A stretch of DNA of 64,000 bases, taken from contig OY762721.1 of NCBI GenBank assembly GCA_963666345.1, positions 672,001-736,000 of the forward strand, read 5' to 3'. A model generated the notes under the pieces. That model was not told where the DNA came from, did no database searches, and worked only from the letters and a program-made list of their open reading frames with translations. Origin of the DNA: Desulfatiglandales bacterium (GTDB taxonomy: Bacteria > Desulfobacterota > DSM-4660 > Desulfatiglandales > Desulfatiglandaceae). This document shows positions 42,528 through 51,842 of this stretch, piece by piece. The position numbers and the translations under genes are program-made. Positions within the stretch are counted from its first letter, which is position 1. The number at the start of each line of letters is the position of its first letter.

Positions 42528-44207
42528 ATGAAAAGAATATGGTCTCTGTTTTTTGTGCTACTATTTATAGCAGCATTTATTTCAATACCTGCCGGTAACT
42601 CTTTTGCAGTAAACAAAGAGTACAAGGCGGGTGATGTAATTACCTTTGAGGGTACGATTCAGCCTGGCCAGGACATCTTTGTTACTGTTGCCATGCAGGA
42701 AATGTTTGCGCCAAAGCAGTCAAGCGGCCCTCATGAGGTAAAGACATTCAAAAAGGACACTAAAAAGGTTGGTTTCACAAACGACACCCAAGTGCCGCCC
42801 CTTTTCTACATCCTGACCAACAACCCTGAAAAATTCGGCAAGGTTGTTGACAAAAAATTCGGTGGACCTTCCTTCCTGGGTGGAATCTACAAGACCACGA
42901 TGTTCAAGCTCTCAAAGTTCGATAAGCTGGACGATCAGGCAAAGGCGATGCTCGGCCCCGTCAAGAGCCAGGAACAATGGAATTTCATGAAATACTGCCA
43001 TGAGAAGGGTTTCGGAATTAATACTGTTACCAAGGAAGGCTCAAAAAAGGGTAAAATCACTATCTTTGCAAGAAGTGTTCTTACAGACCATGGGACAAGC
43101 GGAAAATACTGGGATAAAGGCACGTCCATCAAACTTGACAAGAAGACCGGCAAATACACCGCCTCCTTTAAGTCCTATAGACACACACCGCCAGACACCA
43201 AGTTCGATTACTTTGTAAACGGCAAAAAAGAGGGCTCTTTCACGCTCGCGAAAAACGGATTCTGGCTCTCAAGGGGCTGCCGTTATATGAACCCGATCTG
43301 GATCATAATAGGAGCGACCCTCGTAGGCGCCTTTTTTACTCTTATCGGCGCAGCAGGCGGGATGCTCATGGCCGCCTTCCAGGTCATGATCGTACAGACC
43401 GCCGGTCCGGTAGGTATCAACGCGGCCAACGTACTTCGATCCTCGAATATTGCACTTACCCTTTTTGCACCCCTGGGCTCCTTTTACCGTTATGCGGTAG
43501 TTGAAAAGCGCGTTGCCTGGCCGGTAGGAATCTCCTTTGGCGTAGGTATTCTCGTAGGCTCTATCTGGCTCGGCAAATACGCGACCCAATATCTGCCCAT
43601 GAAGGCCTATAAGGAATGGCTGGCCGTACTGGTCGTGCTTATGGGCATCAGGACCCTGTTTGAGCTTTCGCCCAAGGTCATGGAAAAGAGAAAGAACATC
43701 AAGGCCATGGTCAAGAAATTCAACGAAGAGGTGGCAAAGGCCAAGGCAGAGGGAAGATCCGCAGAGATGGGCAAGATCGAGCCTGTCAAAACAGGGCTGA
43801 CCGATTACAGGTTCAAGTTCTGGGGTGAGGAATTCACCATCAATCCGCTCCTTTTTGGAATCTTGGGTCTAGCTATCGGTATTGTCTCAAGGAGTTTCGG
43901 TATCGGCGGCGGATTCCTTCTAGTGCCCGCCATGACCACCCTGGGAGCCCTTCCCATGTACGTTGCCGTGCCTATTTCGCTTATCGGAACATCCTTCAGC
44001 AGTGTGGGCTCATTCATAGGTTATATGATGAACGGCTACTGGCCTGATCTCTGGCTTGCCATTGCGATCATCATAGGTGGTTTCGCCGGTGGTATGATAG
44101 GAAGCCGTCTGCAGAAACTCTTTAGCGAAATAACCCTGAAATGGACACTCGCAATCGTCCTTTTCTTCCTTTTCTTCCGCTTCTTCAAGATCGAGATCTG
44201 GATCTAA
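42528..44207 (+). CDS. TauE/SafE-family transporter with signal peptide and ~250-aa soluble N-terminal domain
   Basis: SD AAGGAGGAGG then MKRIWSLFFVLLFIAAFISIPAGNSFA (signal peptide); C-terminal IGAAGGML and GIGGGFLLVP repeats. Confidence 0.85.
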   Translation: MKRIWSLFFVLLFIAAFISIPAGNSFAVNKEYKAGDVITFEGTIQPGQDIFVTVAMQEMFAPKQSSGPHEVKTFKKDTKKVGFTNDTQVPPLFYILTNNPEKFGKVVDKKFGGPSFLGGIYKTTMFKLSKFDKLDDQAKAMLGPVKSQEQWNFMKYCHEKGFGINTVTKEGSKKGKITIFARSVLTDHGTSGKYWDKGTSIKLDKKTGKYTASFKSYRHTPPDTKFDYFVNGKKEGSFTLAKNGFWLSRGCRYMNPIWIIIGATLVGAFFTLIGAAGGMLMAAFQVMIVQTAGPVGINAANVLRSSNIALTLFAPLGSFYRYAVVEKRVAWPVGISFGVGILVGSIWLGKYATQYLPMKAYKEWLAVLVVLMGIRTLFELSPKVMEKRKNIKAMVKKFNEEVAKAKAEGRSAEMGKIEPVKTGLTDYRFKFWGEEFTINPLLFGILGLAIGIVSRSFGIGGGFLLVPAMTTLGALPMYVAVPISLIGTSFSSVGSFIGYMMNGYWPDLWLAIAIIIGGFAGGMIGSRLQKLFSEITLKWTLAIVLFFLFFRFFKIEIWI

Positions 44208-44233
44208 GAAAAGGCATTAGGCTAATCTAGATA

Positions 44234-44268
44234 AAGGGGAAGGGATTGTTTCCTTCCCCTTGCTTTTT
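44234..44268 (+). terminator. Intrinsic terminator
   Basis: AAGGGGAAGG-N8-CCTTCCCCTT then GCTTTTT. Confidence 0.7.
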
Positions 44269-44285
44269 AGGATCAAAACAGGCTG

Positions 44286-44903
44286 ATGGAAAATTTATTT
44301 GATGTTATATGGTTCAAGATTTTGGACCTTATTTATTTTGCAAGAGGGCTTATGGACAACCTCTTTTCACCTCTGCATCTGCTCGGCCCTGCATTTACCA
44401 TAGCCATTATCGCCCTTCTGACAGTGCTTTTGACAAAGCTCCTTACAAGACTCTACAAGACAAAACGTCTCAAAAAACTGGAGAAAGAATTTATCCACTG
44501 GCATGATCTGAGGCAGGAGGCCATGAAATGTGAAGACCGTGATAAGGCAAAGCTTCTCTCCAAGAATATCGATCAGGCCAGATTGAACAGGGTGTATTAC
44601 GACTATTTTCTTGAAGGTTTTCTCAACGGCATTGCCACAAAATATCTACCCGTTCTTATCATGGTGGCATATGTAAACGAAAGCTATAACCCGGAGATGT
44701 TGAAAAGGATGTTTGGCCGCAGTTATATCTTCAGGCTGGGGGGCTCGGAGGTGGAACCCATTTTAATGGGCTCGGTCTTCTTTTTTATCGTCTCAATCAT
44801 ACTTTTCTATATAGCATGGGCAGCGACCAAGAGGATATACAGGAAAAGACACCCTGAAAAAAGCCCTGTTGCGTCCGAACAAGCATCCGAATCAAAATCC
44901 TAG
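44286..44903 (+). CDS. Membrane protein resembling DUF106/EMC3/TMCO1 (Oxa1 superfamily)
   Basis: N-terminal amphipathic segment, TM1, charged helical hairpin, TM2 (YLPVLIMVAYV), TM3; family call by eye only. Confidence 0.55.
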   Translation: MENLFDVIWFKILDLIYFARGLMDNLFSPLHLLGPAFTIAIIALLTVLLTKLLTRLYKTKRLKKLEKEFIHWHDLRQEAMKCEDRDKAKLLSKNIDQARLNRVYYDYFLEGFLNGIATKYLPVLIMVAYVNESYNPEMLKRMFGRSYIFRLGGSEVEPILMGSVFFFIVSIILFYIAWAATKRIYRKRHPEKSPVASEQASESKS

Positions 44904-44966
44904 ATCCTCCTCTGTCCCCATATTCCGCTGAAAGTGACACAATCCATTTCTAAAGATAGAACTCAA

Positions 44967-45728
44967 TCAGAAAAACCCCTTTTGAACAAGTTTCAGGGCA
45001 AAAAGGATTAATATCACCCCGAAAATTCTGCGCACAGTCGGCCCCTTTAATTTTTCAGCCATTACCATGGAGCCTGCCTGCCCGCCGATAATAGAAAACA
45101 GGGCCGCCAGGAGAACGAATTTCCAGTCGATATCGGCCAGTGACAGATGCGCTATAAACCCGCTGAAGGATGAAAATATCACAATAAAGATGGAGGTTGC
45201 CGCAGCTGTCTTTGTCGGCACCTTAAGCATATAAATAAGTAGAGGCAGAACAAATACCCCACCTCCGATACCAAAAAGACCCGCCATAAAACCTATCACC
45301 ACACCTATGGCTCCTCCCCCCAGGATCCTTCTGGCATTTCCTATCTCAATTCTTGCCTCTTCAGCCTTTTTCGAAAAAAGCATCCTTGCGGCGGCGATCA
45401 GTATCACAAGAGTCAACATGATGATAAACAGCCTCATGTTGATCCTGTTTGATATCATGGCACCCAGCGGTGCGAAAAGACAGGAGGTGATAAGAAGAGG
45501 AAGACCTATCTTCACATCCACCATCTTTTTTCGGAAAAAGGTTATTGCCGCTGACACGGCGGCTGTCCCGTTCAGGAATAGAGAGGCGGAAAGAGCAGTT
45601 GAAAGTGGAAAGCCCAGTAGTATGAAAAGGGGCGAAAATATGAGACCACCGCCCAACCCAACCATGGTTAAAACAAATGAAACGAGGCCTATGCCTAGGC
45701 ACAAAAGGACTATGGACATCAGAAACAC
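44967..45728 (-). CDS. TauE/SafE-family sulfite exporter (TSUP)
   Basis: MVGLGGGLIFSP and LFGIGGGVFVLP repeats, AAATS, 8 TM. Confidence 0.92.
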   Translation of the reverse strand: MFLMSIVLLCLGIGLVSFVLTMVGLGGGLIFSPLFILLGFPLSTALSASLFLNGTAAVSAAITFFRKKMVDVKIGLPLLITSCLFAPLGAMISNRINMRLFIIMLTLVILIAAARMLFSKKAEEARIEIGNARRILGGGAIGVVIGFMAGLFGIGGGVFVLPLLIYMLKVPTKTAAATSIFIVIFSSFSGFIAHLSLADIDWKFVLLAALFSIIGGQAGSMVMAEKLKGPTVRRIFGVILILFALKLVQKGFF

Positions 45729-45842
45729 CTTCTTCAGTATTGATATTAACGACCTGAAGGCCTGAATTAATCTTTGAAATTATACATTCAAGCATCCAGT
45801 TACAACAGGCAGATGAATCTTTTCAAAAAGGAGTCCAAAGAT

Positions 45843-45881
45843 AAAAAAAGGGCCTCCCCTCATACACGGGGAAGCCCTTTT
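45843..45881 (-). terminator. Intrinsic terminator after molybdoenzyme gene
   Basis: Minus strand AAGGGCUUCCCC...GGGGAGGCCCUUUUUUU. Confidence 0.7.
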
Positions 45882-45894
45882 GACGCTTCGATCT

Positions 45895-48693
45895 TTAGAC
45901 TTTTTCGATCTTTGTCTTTATGTATTTAAATGGGGGTGTGCCGCCCACATCTTCCGTGCAATTGGGCTTCATGATCCCCGGGGTATTGACCCCCCCGAAT
46001 TCCGGGAACTTGGGATCACCCTCCAGTCCTCTGGCATGGCCGAAGCCGCCGCCTGAGGCAAGCACTCCGCGCATGATCTCCCACGTAGGATGAGCCTTTA
46101 TCTCTATCTCACCCCATGGAGATGTCAGTTTTACCTTATCGCCCTCGCTTATCCCTTTCTCCTGGGCATCCAGCTGGTTGATCCATAGTACGTTCGTGGG
46201 ATTGGTCTTCATCAACTGGACATTGTTGAAGGTAGAGGAGTGCTCGTGGGTGAAGAATCTGAAGTTCCCGAAGATGAACGGATATTCCTTATCCGGGGCA
46301 AGGTCCGGATCAGGTTCCTTATAGTCCGGAAGAGGATCTATCCCCTTCTCCTCTGCAATGGTATTTAGAAAATTATATTTCCCCGTGGTTGTCTTGCCGG
46401 ACGAACCGTAACCGTCAGGGGTATTAAATGAGCCCCATTTCTTATATTTATAATACTCCGTCTCATCTGTAATAAGAAAGCCCTTTTCCTTCAGCTCGTC
46501 ATAGGACCACGGGGTCCCTGCCAGTTGGTTTCGCTCCGCCTCCTCAATATCTTCCCATGGGAAGTACTCGCCGAGATCCAGTCTTTTTGCAATTTCTCTG
46601 GTAATCCACCACATCGGTCTTGAATCATACATAGGTTTTACGATCTCAGCATAATAGGCGATAAAGGCGTCATAGAGCCAGTCAGCCTTGACCTGGCTCT
46701 GCTCGAGCCAAGTTGCATCAGGAAGCACAACATCACAGAGAAGCGCGGTGTTGCACATAAAGGCATCTATTGTCGCCTTGAAATCCATCATCTCGATTGC
46801 CTTTGTGGTCGCCTCCTGATTTCCCCAGGAAAGGACCGGGTCGCCGAAATAATTAATCATCCCCTTGAGCTTTCCGGCCTCCACGTCTTCAAGAAGGTAT
46901 GCCGGGGCCCATCCCGCCCATATACCGAACTTGTTGAGTTTGGGGGCATCCGTTGCAGCCGGTTTTTTCTGTCCGTCTCCCCACATCGGTTTCAGTTTTC
47001 TCTTGAACGGCAAGGCAGGTCCGCCAGGGGCGTCAAAGGTGCCACAGAGACCGTTTAGTGCCTGAATAGCTGCTGTCCCGTACATGCCGTTGTGGGTCTG
47101 GGCCAGACCGGTCCATGAAATACACCCCTTATTTCCTGCCAGGGCAAATTCGGTTGCGATCCTCTCTATGGTCTCGGCAGGAACGCCGCTTATCTTGCTG
47201 GCCCATTCGGGCGTCCGTTCCACCCCGTCTTCCTCGCCCATGACCCTCTTTTTGAACTCATCAAACCCGTGGGTCCAGTTTTCAACGAATTCTTTATCAA
47301 AAAGGTCATTTTTTATTATTACGTTGCACATCGCCAATGCCACTGCGGCATCGGTTGAAGGCTTGATCGGAATCCATTCCGTGGCAGCGTTTCCCGTATC
47401 AGATCTTCTGGGGTCAAACACAACAAGCTTCATGCCCCGCTTCAGGGCGGCACGCAGTTCAGCCGTTTTCCTCTGACTGTAAGATGTGGCAAGCTCATTC
47501 ATGCCGAAGTGTATGGCGTAGTCCGCTTCCTGATAGTTTATCCAGGGTCTCTTGTCATTGAGATTTTTCTCGTTCGCCATCCTGTTGGCATTATCGCACA
47601 TCGGTCTGTGAGTGGTCTTTGGGCAGCCGAGATGATCAAACAGTGCCTCATGTATCGAGTTGGCCCAATCATTTCCACGCATATATCCCAGTTTGCCCTT
47701 CTCAGTACCTTTAATTCCTTCAACCACCCGATCAAGGGCCTCATCCCAGGTAGCTTTTCTAAATCGACCGTTCTCCCTGATAAGAGGACTTTTTAACCTG
47801 TATGCCGAATACACATGCTTCGGGGCGGCCGCACCCTTGGGGCAGAGTCTTCCCCCACCTTTGGGATCCCCCTTCAAACCGCTTGTACCGGTAAGAATGC
47901 CATCCTCCAGCTTGGCCGTCATACCGCAAAGCGCACCACATGTATAGCAGTGGCTTGCCACGGTCTTGGCCGATTCCGGCTCTACTACTCCCTCAGCCAG
48001 GGTCGTATAGCCGGGCTCAAGATGCAGGGAATCGCATGCACCCACCATGCGTCTTGTGACCTCCTCACCCCTGGTAAAGCCCTCTATCCTCATGCTTTCA
48101 CACATCATCGCCCCGCGGATAAACTGGGCCAGCCCCTGATAAAAATCCGTTTTTGTGCAGGCGGCAAGCTGATCACAAAAGGCAGACACCCATTTAGTAT
48201 ACTTTTTCTTGAAAAAATCCTTGTAAAGCTCATCATTCCCATTTTCAAGAACATATCTGAGATATTCAAGCTGAACTGCGATATGGTCATCCAGATCCTT
48301 GTATTCGGGATTTTTATGCACACCGGCCTTTTTGAAATATTCTCTCATTTCGATTACCGGTTTTTGCATAACAATCGGATCCACGTTTACATGACACGAT
48401 TCATAAGGGAAAACCGGATTGGCGCCAGCGTTCAGGAAGATATCCGCATAATCGTATCTCAACTCATTGTATAACTCCTCAGCACCACGTTCCTTCAGGC
48501 AACGGGACATAACCTCAGCACCATTTATGAGATCAATGAATCCGCATCCTGTTACCGATTCATTGAATCCCTGCAGGAACTCATCCTTCTGCATGGCCTT
48601 GATCAGATCAAACGGAATTTCATCTCTCAATAATGTTGAAAGAAACTGATATCTTTTGGCCCTCGAACTCATGTACTCAACATCCATTGACAT
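45895..48693 (-). CDS. TorD/DmsD-like chaperone domain fused to a Mo/W-bisPGD oxidoreductase (Psr/Phs-like catalytic subunit)
   Basis: N-term Y.DIFL...PYES...DDHIAVQLEYL (TorD motifs); then CYTCGALCG...LCPKG, RLKSPL, probable Cys ligand in THRPMC, DVVLPDATWLE, C-terminal dinucleotide-binding domain. Confidence 0.88.
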   Translation of the reverse strand: MSMDVEYMSSRAKRYQFLSTLLRDEIPFDLIKAMQKDEFLQGFNESVTGCGFIDLINGAEVMSRCLKERGAEELYNELRYDYADIFLNAGANPVFPYESCHVNVDPIVMQKPVIEMREYFKKAGVHKNPEYKDLDDHIAVQLEYLRYVLENGNDELYKDFFKKKYTKWVSAFCDQLAACTKTDFYQGLAQFIRGAMMCESMRIEGFTRGEEVTRRMVGACDSLHLEPGYTTLAEGVVEPESAKTVASHCYTCGALCGMTAKLEDGILTGTSGLKGDPKGGGRLCPKGAAAPKHVYSAYRLKSPLIRENGRFRKATWDEALDRVVEGIKGTEKGKLGYMRGNDWANSIHEALFDHLGCPKTTHRPMCDNANRMANEKNLNDKRPWINYQEADYAIHFGMNELATSYSQRKTAELRAALKRGMKLVVFDPRRSDTGNAATEWIPIKPSTDAAVALAMCNVIIKNDLFDKEFVENWTHGFDEFKKRVMGEEDGVERTPEWASKISGVPAETIERIATEFALAGNKGCISWTGLAQTHNGMYGTAAIQALNGLCGTFDAPGGPALPFKRKLKPMWGDGQKKPAATDAPKLNKFGIWAGWAPAYLLEDVEAGKLKGMINYFGDPVLSWGNQEATTKAIEMMDFKATIDAFMCNTALLCDVVLPDATWLEQSQVKADWLYDAFIAYYAEIVKPMYDSRPMWWITREIAKRLDLGEYFPWEDIEEAERNQLAGTPWSYDELKEKGFLITDETEYYKYKKWGSFNTPDGYGSSGKTTTGKYNFLNTIAEEKGIDPLPDYKEPDPDLAPDKEYPFIFGNFRFFTHEHSSTFNNVQLMKTNPTNVLWINQLDAQEKGISEGDKVKLTSPWGEIEIKAHPTWEIMRGVLASGGGFGHARGLEGDPKFPEFGGVNTPGIMKPNCTEDVGGTPPFKYIKTKIEKV

Positions 48694-49073
48694 CCCTCCT
48701 TGAATTATTTTTAAATTATTTGTTAATGCTCCGAACCCATTTGATCAGGCAGATGGATACTTGCCCGACCAAAGCTATCATTCCTTAACCTCGCGGGTAA
48801 CAATGTGTTAAAAAAAACAACACCTGTCTCTTCGCAACAAAGTCCGGTTCTTGCCCTTTTCTGGAATTTACCGATTTATGATTATTTAAATTTGGGGGGA
48901 AACAGTGGTATTAATGGCATACAAGAAAGAATATATCAAGAAAAATCTATTATAATCAATATCTTAAGTCATCCATGACATAAGGTGTTTGATTCTCCCC
49001 CTGTCAGAGGCTTTTTCCCGTTACATCGTATAAATGAGGGCATGCTGTAAAAAAAGCTCAAGAGTATCCATTA

Positions 49074-49241
49074 TTGACGCATTCATAAAAAGCCTGTTTA
49101 TACCTCTTTGCGGCAGCCTATGGGGAACGAAGCCGAACAATTCAACGGGATAAGTCATTGTCAGTAAACCGATCGGAAAAGACGAAAAAGCAAGTATAGT
49201 CCCGCCCAAGGCGGGACATTTGGATATTATGAAGTCGTCAA
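49074..49241. mobile_element. ~168-bp MITE-like element with imperfect terminal inverted repeats
   Basis: Left TTGACGCATTCATAAAAAGCC; reverse complement of right end TTGACGACTTCATAATATCC; internal TCCCGCCCAAGGCGGGA palindrome. Confidence 0.55.
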
Positions 49242-49411
49242 TATTAAGAATAGATATAATCAAATATAGCTTAATTATTGATTTAATAGTATTGCATTAG
49301 TATAATCTTAAATTTGAAGGGATCAGGATAAATTTTCCATATACTATTCTTATTGATGTTCATATAAACTTTAGTTTTTTGAACTATCCTTCAAAAAAGG
49401 AGGGAGTATAA

Positions 49412-51232
49412 ATGACTGTTTATAGAGAATCGACCATGGCGGGTATATTCCAGAATCAGGCCGAAAGGTATGGAGAGAAGGCCTGCCTGGCCTACAAAAG
49501 GGAAGGTAAATACTCCGATTTATCCTGGAATCAAATAAATGAAATGGTCAGAAATCTCTCCTCCTTCCTGACATCCAAGGGCATAAAGAGAGGCGATAGG
49601 GTAGCCATATTTTCACCTAACAGGTATGAATGGTGGGTAAGTGATTTGGCACTGCTTTCCATCGGAGCGATTGATGTTCCGATATACGCCACAAACTCGG
49701 CTGAAGAGGCCCTTTATGTACTTGATCATTCAGGTGCAAAGGCATGTTTTACTGGTGAAGCGGAACGTCTGGAAAAACTTGTCGGGATAAGGGACAGGTT
49801 ACCGAATCTGGAATTTATGGTCTATTACGAAAGAGATGGACAAGAACTTGGAGATAATATCCTTGCCTACGATGATGCCTTGAAAATCGGCGAAGGACTC
49901 TATGACAGAGATAATTTCAATAAAACATTGGAAGACATACAACCATCTGATCCCGCCACCATTATCTATACCTCCGGCACGACAGGGCCACCCAAGGGAG
50001 TGGTACTTTCTCACAATAATTTTGTTTCCAATGTAAATCAGATAATGGCCGACTTCAGCCAACACCTTTCCGATCAGGATATTTTTCTCTCCTTTCTTCC
50101 ACTTTCACACGTCTTGGAAAGGACCGCCGGTTTTTATCTACCTGTCAGGTTTGGAGCGAAAGTCGCCTTCGCTGAAAGTTTTCTTACCATTCAGCAGGAT
50201 CTCCAAGAGATAAGGCCGACTCTCATAATAAGCGTACCGAGGCTGTATGAAAAGATACACATGGGTATACTTTCCAAATTAAAAAATGCGTCTCATATAA
50301 AGAAATCGCTGTTCGGCTGGGCCGTAAAGGTAGCAACGGAAAACCTCTCCTATGTATGTACCGGCAAGGATAGAAAGGGGGCCTTTGCGATCAAGTTCAG
50401 GATTGCGGATAAACTGATTTTTTCCAAACTAAAGGCTGCTCTTGGAATGGACAGAATGAAATTTGCAGTCTCGGGCGGGGGCCCGCTCTCCGTTTCGGAT
50501 GGCGAATTTTTTCTTGGAATGGGTATTATAATTCTGGAAGGATTCGGCCTTACTGAAACAACACCCGTGACCAACGTCAACAGACCGCGACTTATCAAAT
50601 CGGGAACCGTAGGCCCACCCCTACCGGAAACGGAAATAAAACTCTCGTCTGCGGGTGAAATCCTCATAAAAGGCCCCCAGGTGATGCTTGGCTACTACAA
50701 TGATGAAGAGGCAACGAGAGAGGTTTTCACGGATGATAATTTCTTTAGAACCGGAGATATCGGCTCCATAGATGAAGATGGTTATTTGTCTATAACCGGC
50801 AGGATGAAAGAGATCATTATTACCTCAGGAGGCAAGAATGTTTCGCCCCAGTACATTGAAAACAGCCTAAAGGATTCCCTCTATATCGAGCAGATTTCAG
50901 TTATTGGTGACAGGCGAAAGTACCTTTCAGCCCTTATAATTCCGGCATTTGACGAATTAAGAAAGTGGGCGAATGAAAATGGGATTAATTTTTCCAACAA
51001 CGAAGATCTTGTCAAAAATGACCTTGTCTGCGAACTTTACCAGGAAGAGGTTGACGAATATAATAAAAAATTTTCAAGGGTCGAGCAGATAAAGAGATTC
51101 ACGATCTTACCTAATGAATGGACCCAGGACAGCGGTGAATTAACGCCTACGCTAAAACTCAAAAGAAGAATAATAGAAAAAAAATATGCCGGTGAGATAG
51201 ACGGCATGTACGCTGAGGAATCCAGGTTATAG
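49412..51232 (+). CDS. Long-chain fatty acid-CoA ligase (FadD15/ACSL-type)
   Basis: IYTSGTTGPPKG, EGFGLTET, FRTGDIG, GELTPTLKLKR. Confidence 0.93.
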   Translation: MTVYRESTMAGIFQNQAERYGEKACLAYKREGKYSDLSWNQINEMVRNLSSFLTSKGIKRGDRVAIFSPNRYEWWVSDLALLSIGAIDVPIYATNSAEEALYVLDHSGAKACFTGEAERLEKLVGIRDRLPNLEFMVYYERDGQELGDNILAYDDALKIGEGLYDRDNFNKTLEDIQPSDPATIIYTSGTTGPPKGVVLSHNNFVSNVNQIMADFSQHLSDQDIFLSFLPLSHVLERTAGFYLPVRFGAKVAFAESFLTIQQDLQEIRPTLIISVPRLYEKIHMGILSKLKNASHIKKSLFGWAVKVATENLSYVCTGKDRKGAFAIKFRIADKLIFSKLKAALGMDRMKFAVSGGGPLSVSDGEFFLGMGIIILEGFGLTETTPVTNVNRPRLIKSGTVGPPLPETEIKLSSAGEILIKGPQVMLGYYNDEEATREVFTDDNFFRTGDIGSIDEDGYLSITGRMKEIIITSGGKNVSPQYIENSLKDSLYIEQISVIGDRRKYLSALIIPAFDELRKWANENGINFSNNEDLVKNDLVCELYQEEVDEYNKKFSRVEQIKRFTILPNEWTQDSGELTPTLKLKRRIIEKKYAGEIDGMYAEESRL

Positions 51233-51300
51233 AACCCGCTCAATTATATCCAGGACGTATAAACTCAGGAATGTGAGCCCCTGCAGATCAGAGGCAGTAG

Positions 51301-51819
51301 ATGGGAATAATGGGAACAAAAATCATGAAGTCTGTGACAAGACCTTATTCAAAAGGAAATTCATCATATTTTAAGGCGGCCCTGCTTATTATTGTTTTTT
51401 CCTTTGTATCGGCATGTTTTCAGCTACACGGAGGCATTCGCTTGATACATTCCCCCTACCGACCTACAATCGATGAACTGGTAGCCTGCAACGAGGAATA
51501 CAATATTTGGACTGCAGGTGAAGGCGCATATCTTACCGCTATACTCTTTGATCCAAAAGGCGACAACCGCCGGGTGGTCACTCATGAGTGGTGGATGCAA
51601 TTAGAAGAAAAAAAAGAGCTGTCAGGCCTGGTTTCATTTTTGGAATCCGATTATGTGTGGCCCCCAAGCCTTTACGAACTTATGGGGCCTGACGGCTCCA
51701 TTTTTGGATACATCTATTCAGTCGAATCAATGGTACCCCTTAATGTGATAGAAAAAGACACACTTCGGGTGGGTAATATACTTCCGGCAAAAAGAGACAT
51801 TATAGACGATAATTTTTAG
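51301..51819 (+). CDS. Hypothetical lipoprotein
   Basis: Hydrophobic stretch ending VSAC (lipobox-like); start uncertain. Confidence 0.65.
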   Translation: MGIMGTKIMKSVTRPYSKGNSSYFKAALLIIVFSFVSACFQLHGGIRLIHSPYRPTIDELVACNEEYNIWTAGEGAYLTAILFDPKGDNRRVVTHEWWMQLEEKKELSGLVSFLESDYVWPPSLYELMGPDGSIFGYIYSVESMVPLNVIEKDTLRVGNILPAKRDIIDDNF

Positions 51820-51842
51820 CTGCACCCTCTTAGACATGTCTT

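Noticed and set aside
24219..48693. Selenocysteine recoding in Hdr/Qmo/molybdoenzyme genes
   Set aside because: These ORFs run full length with Cys at the expected positions; no in-frame TGA truncations.
49021..49263. 80-aa - strand ORF
   Set aside because: Overlaps the MITE-like repeat; no SD or motif.
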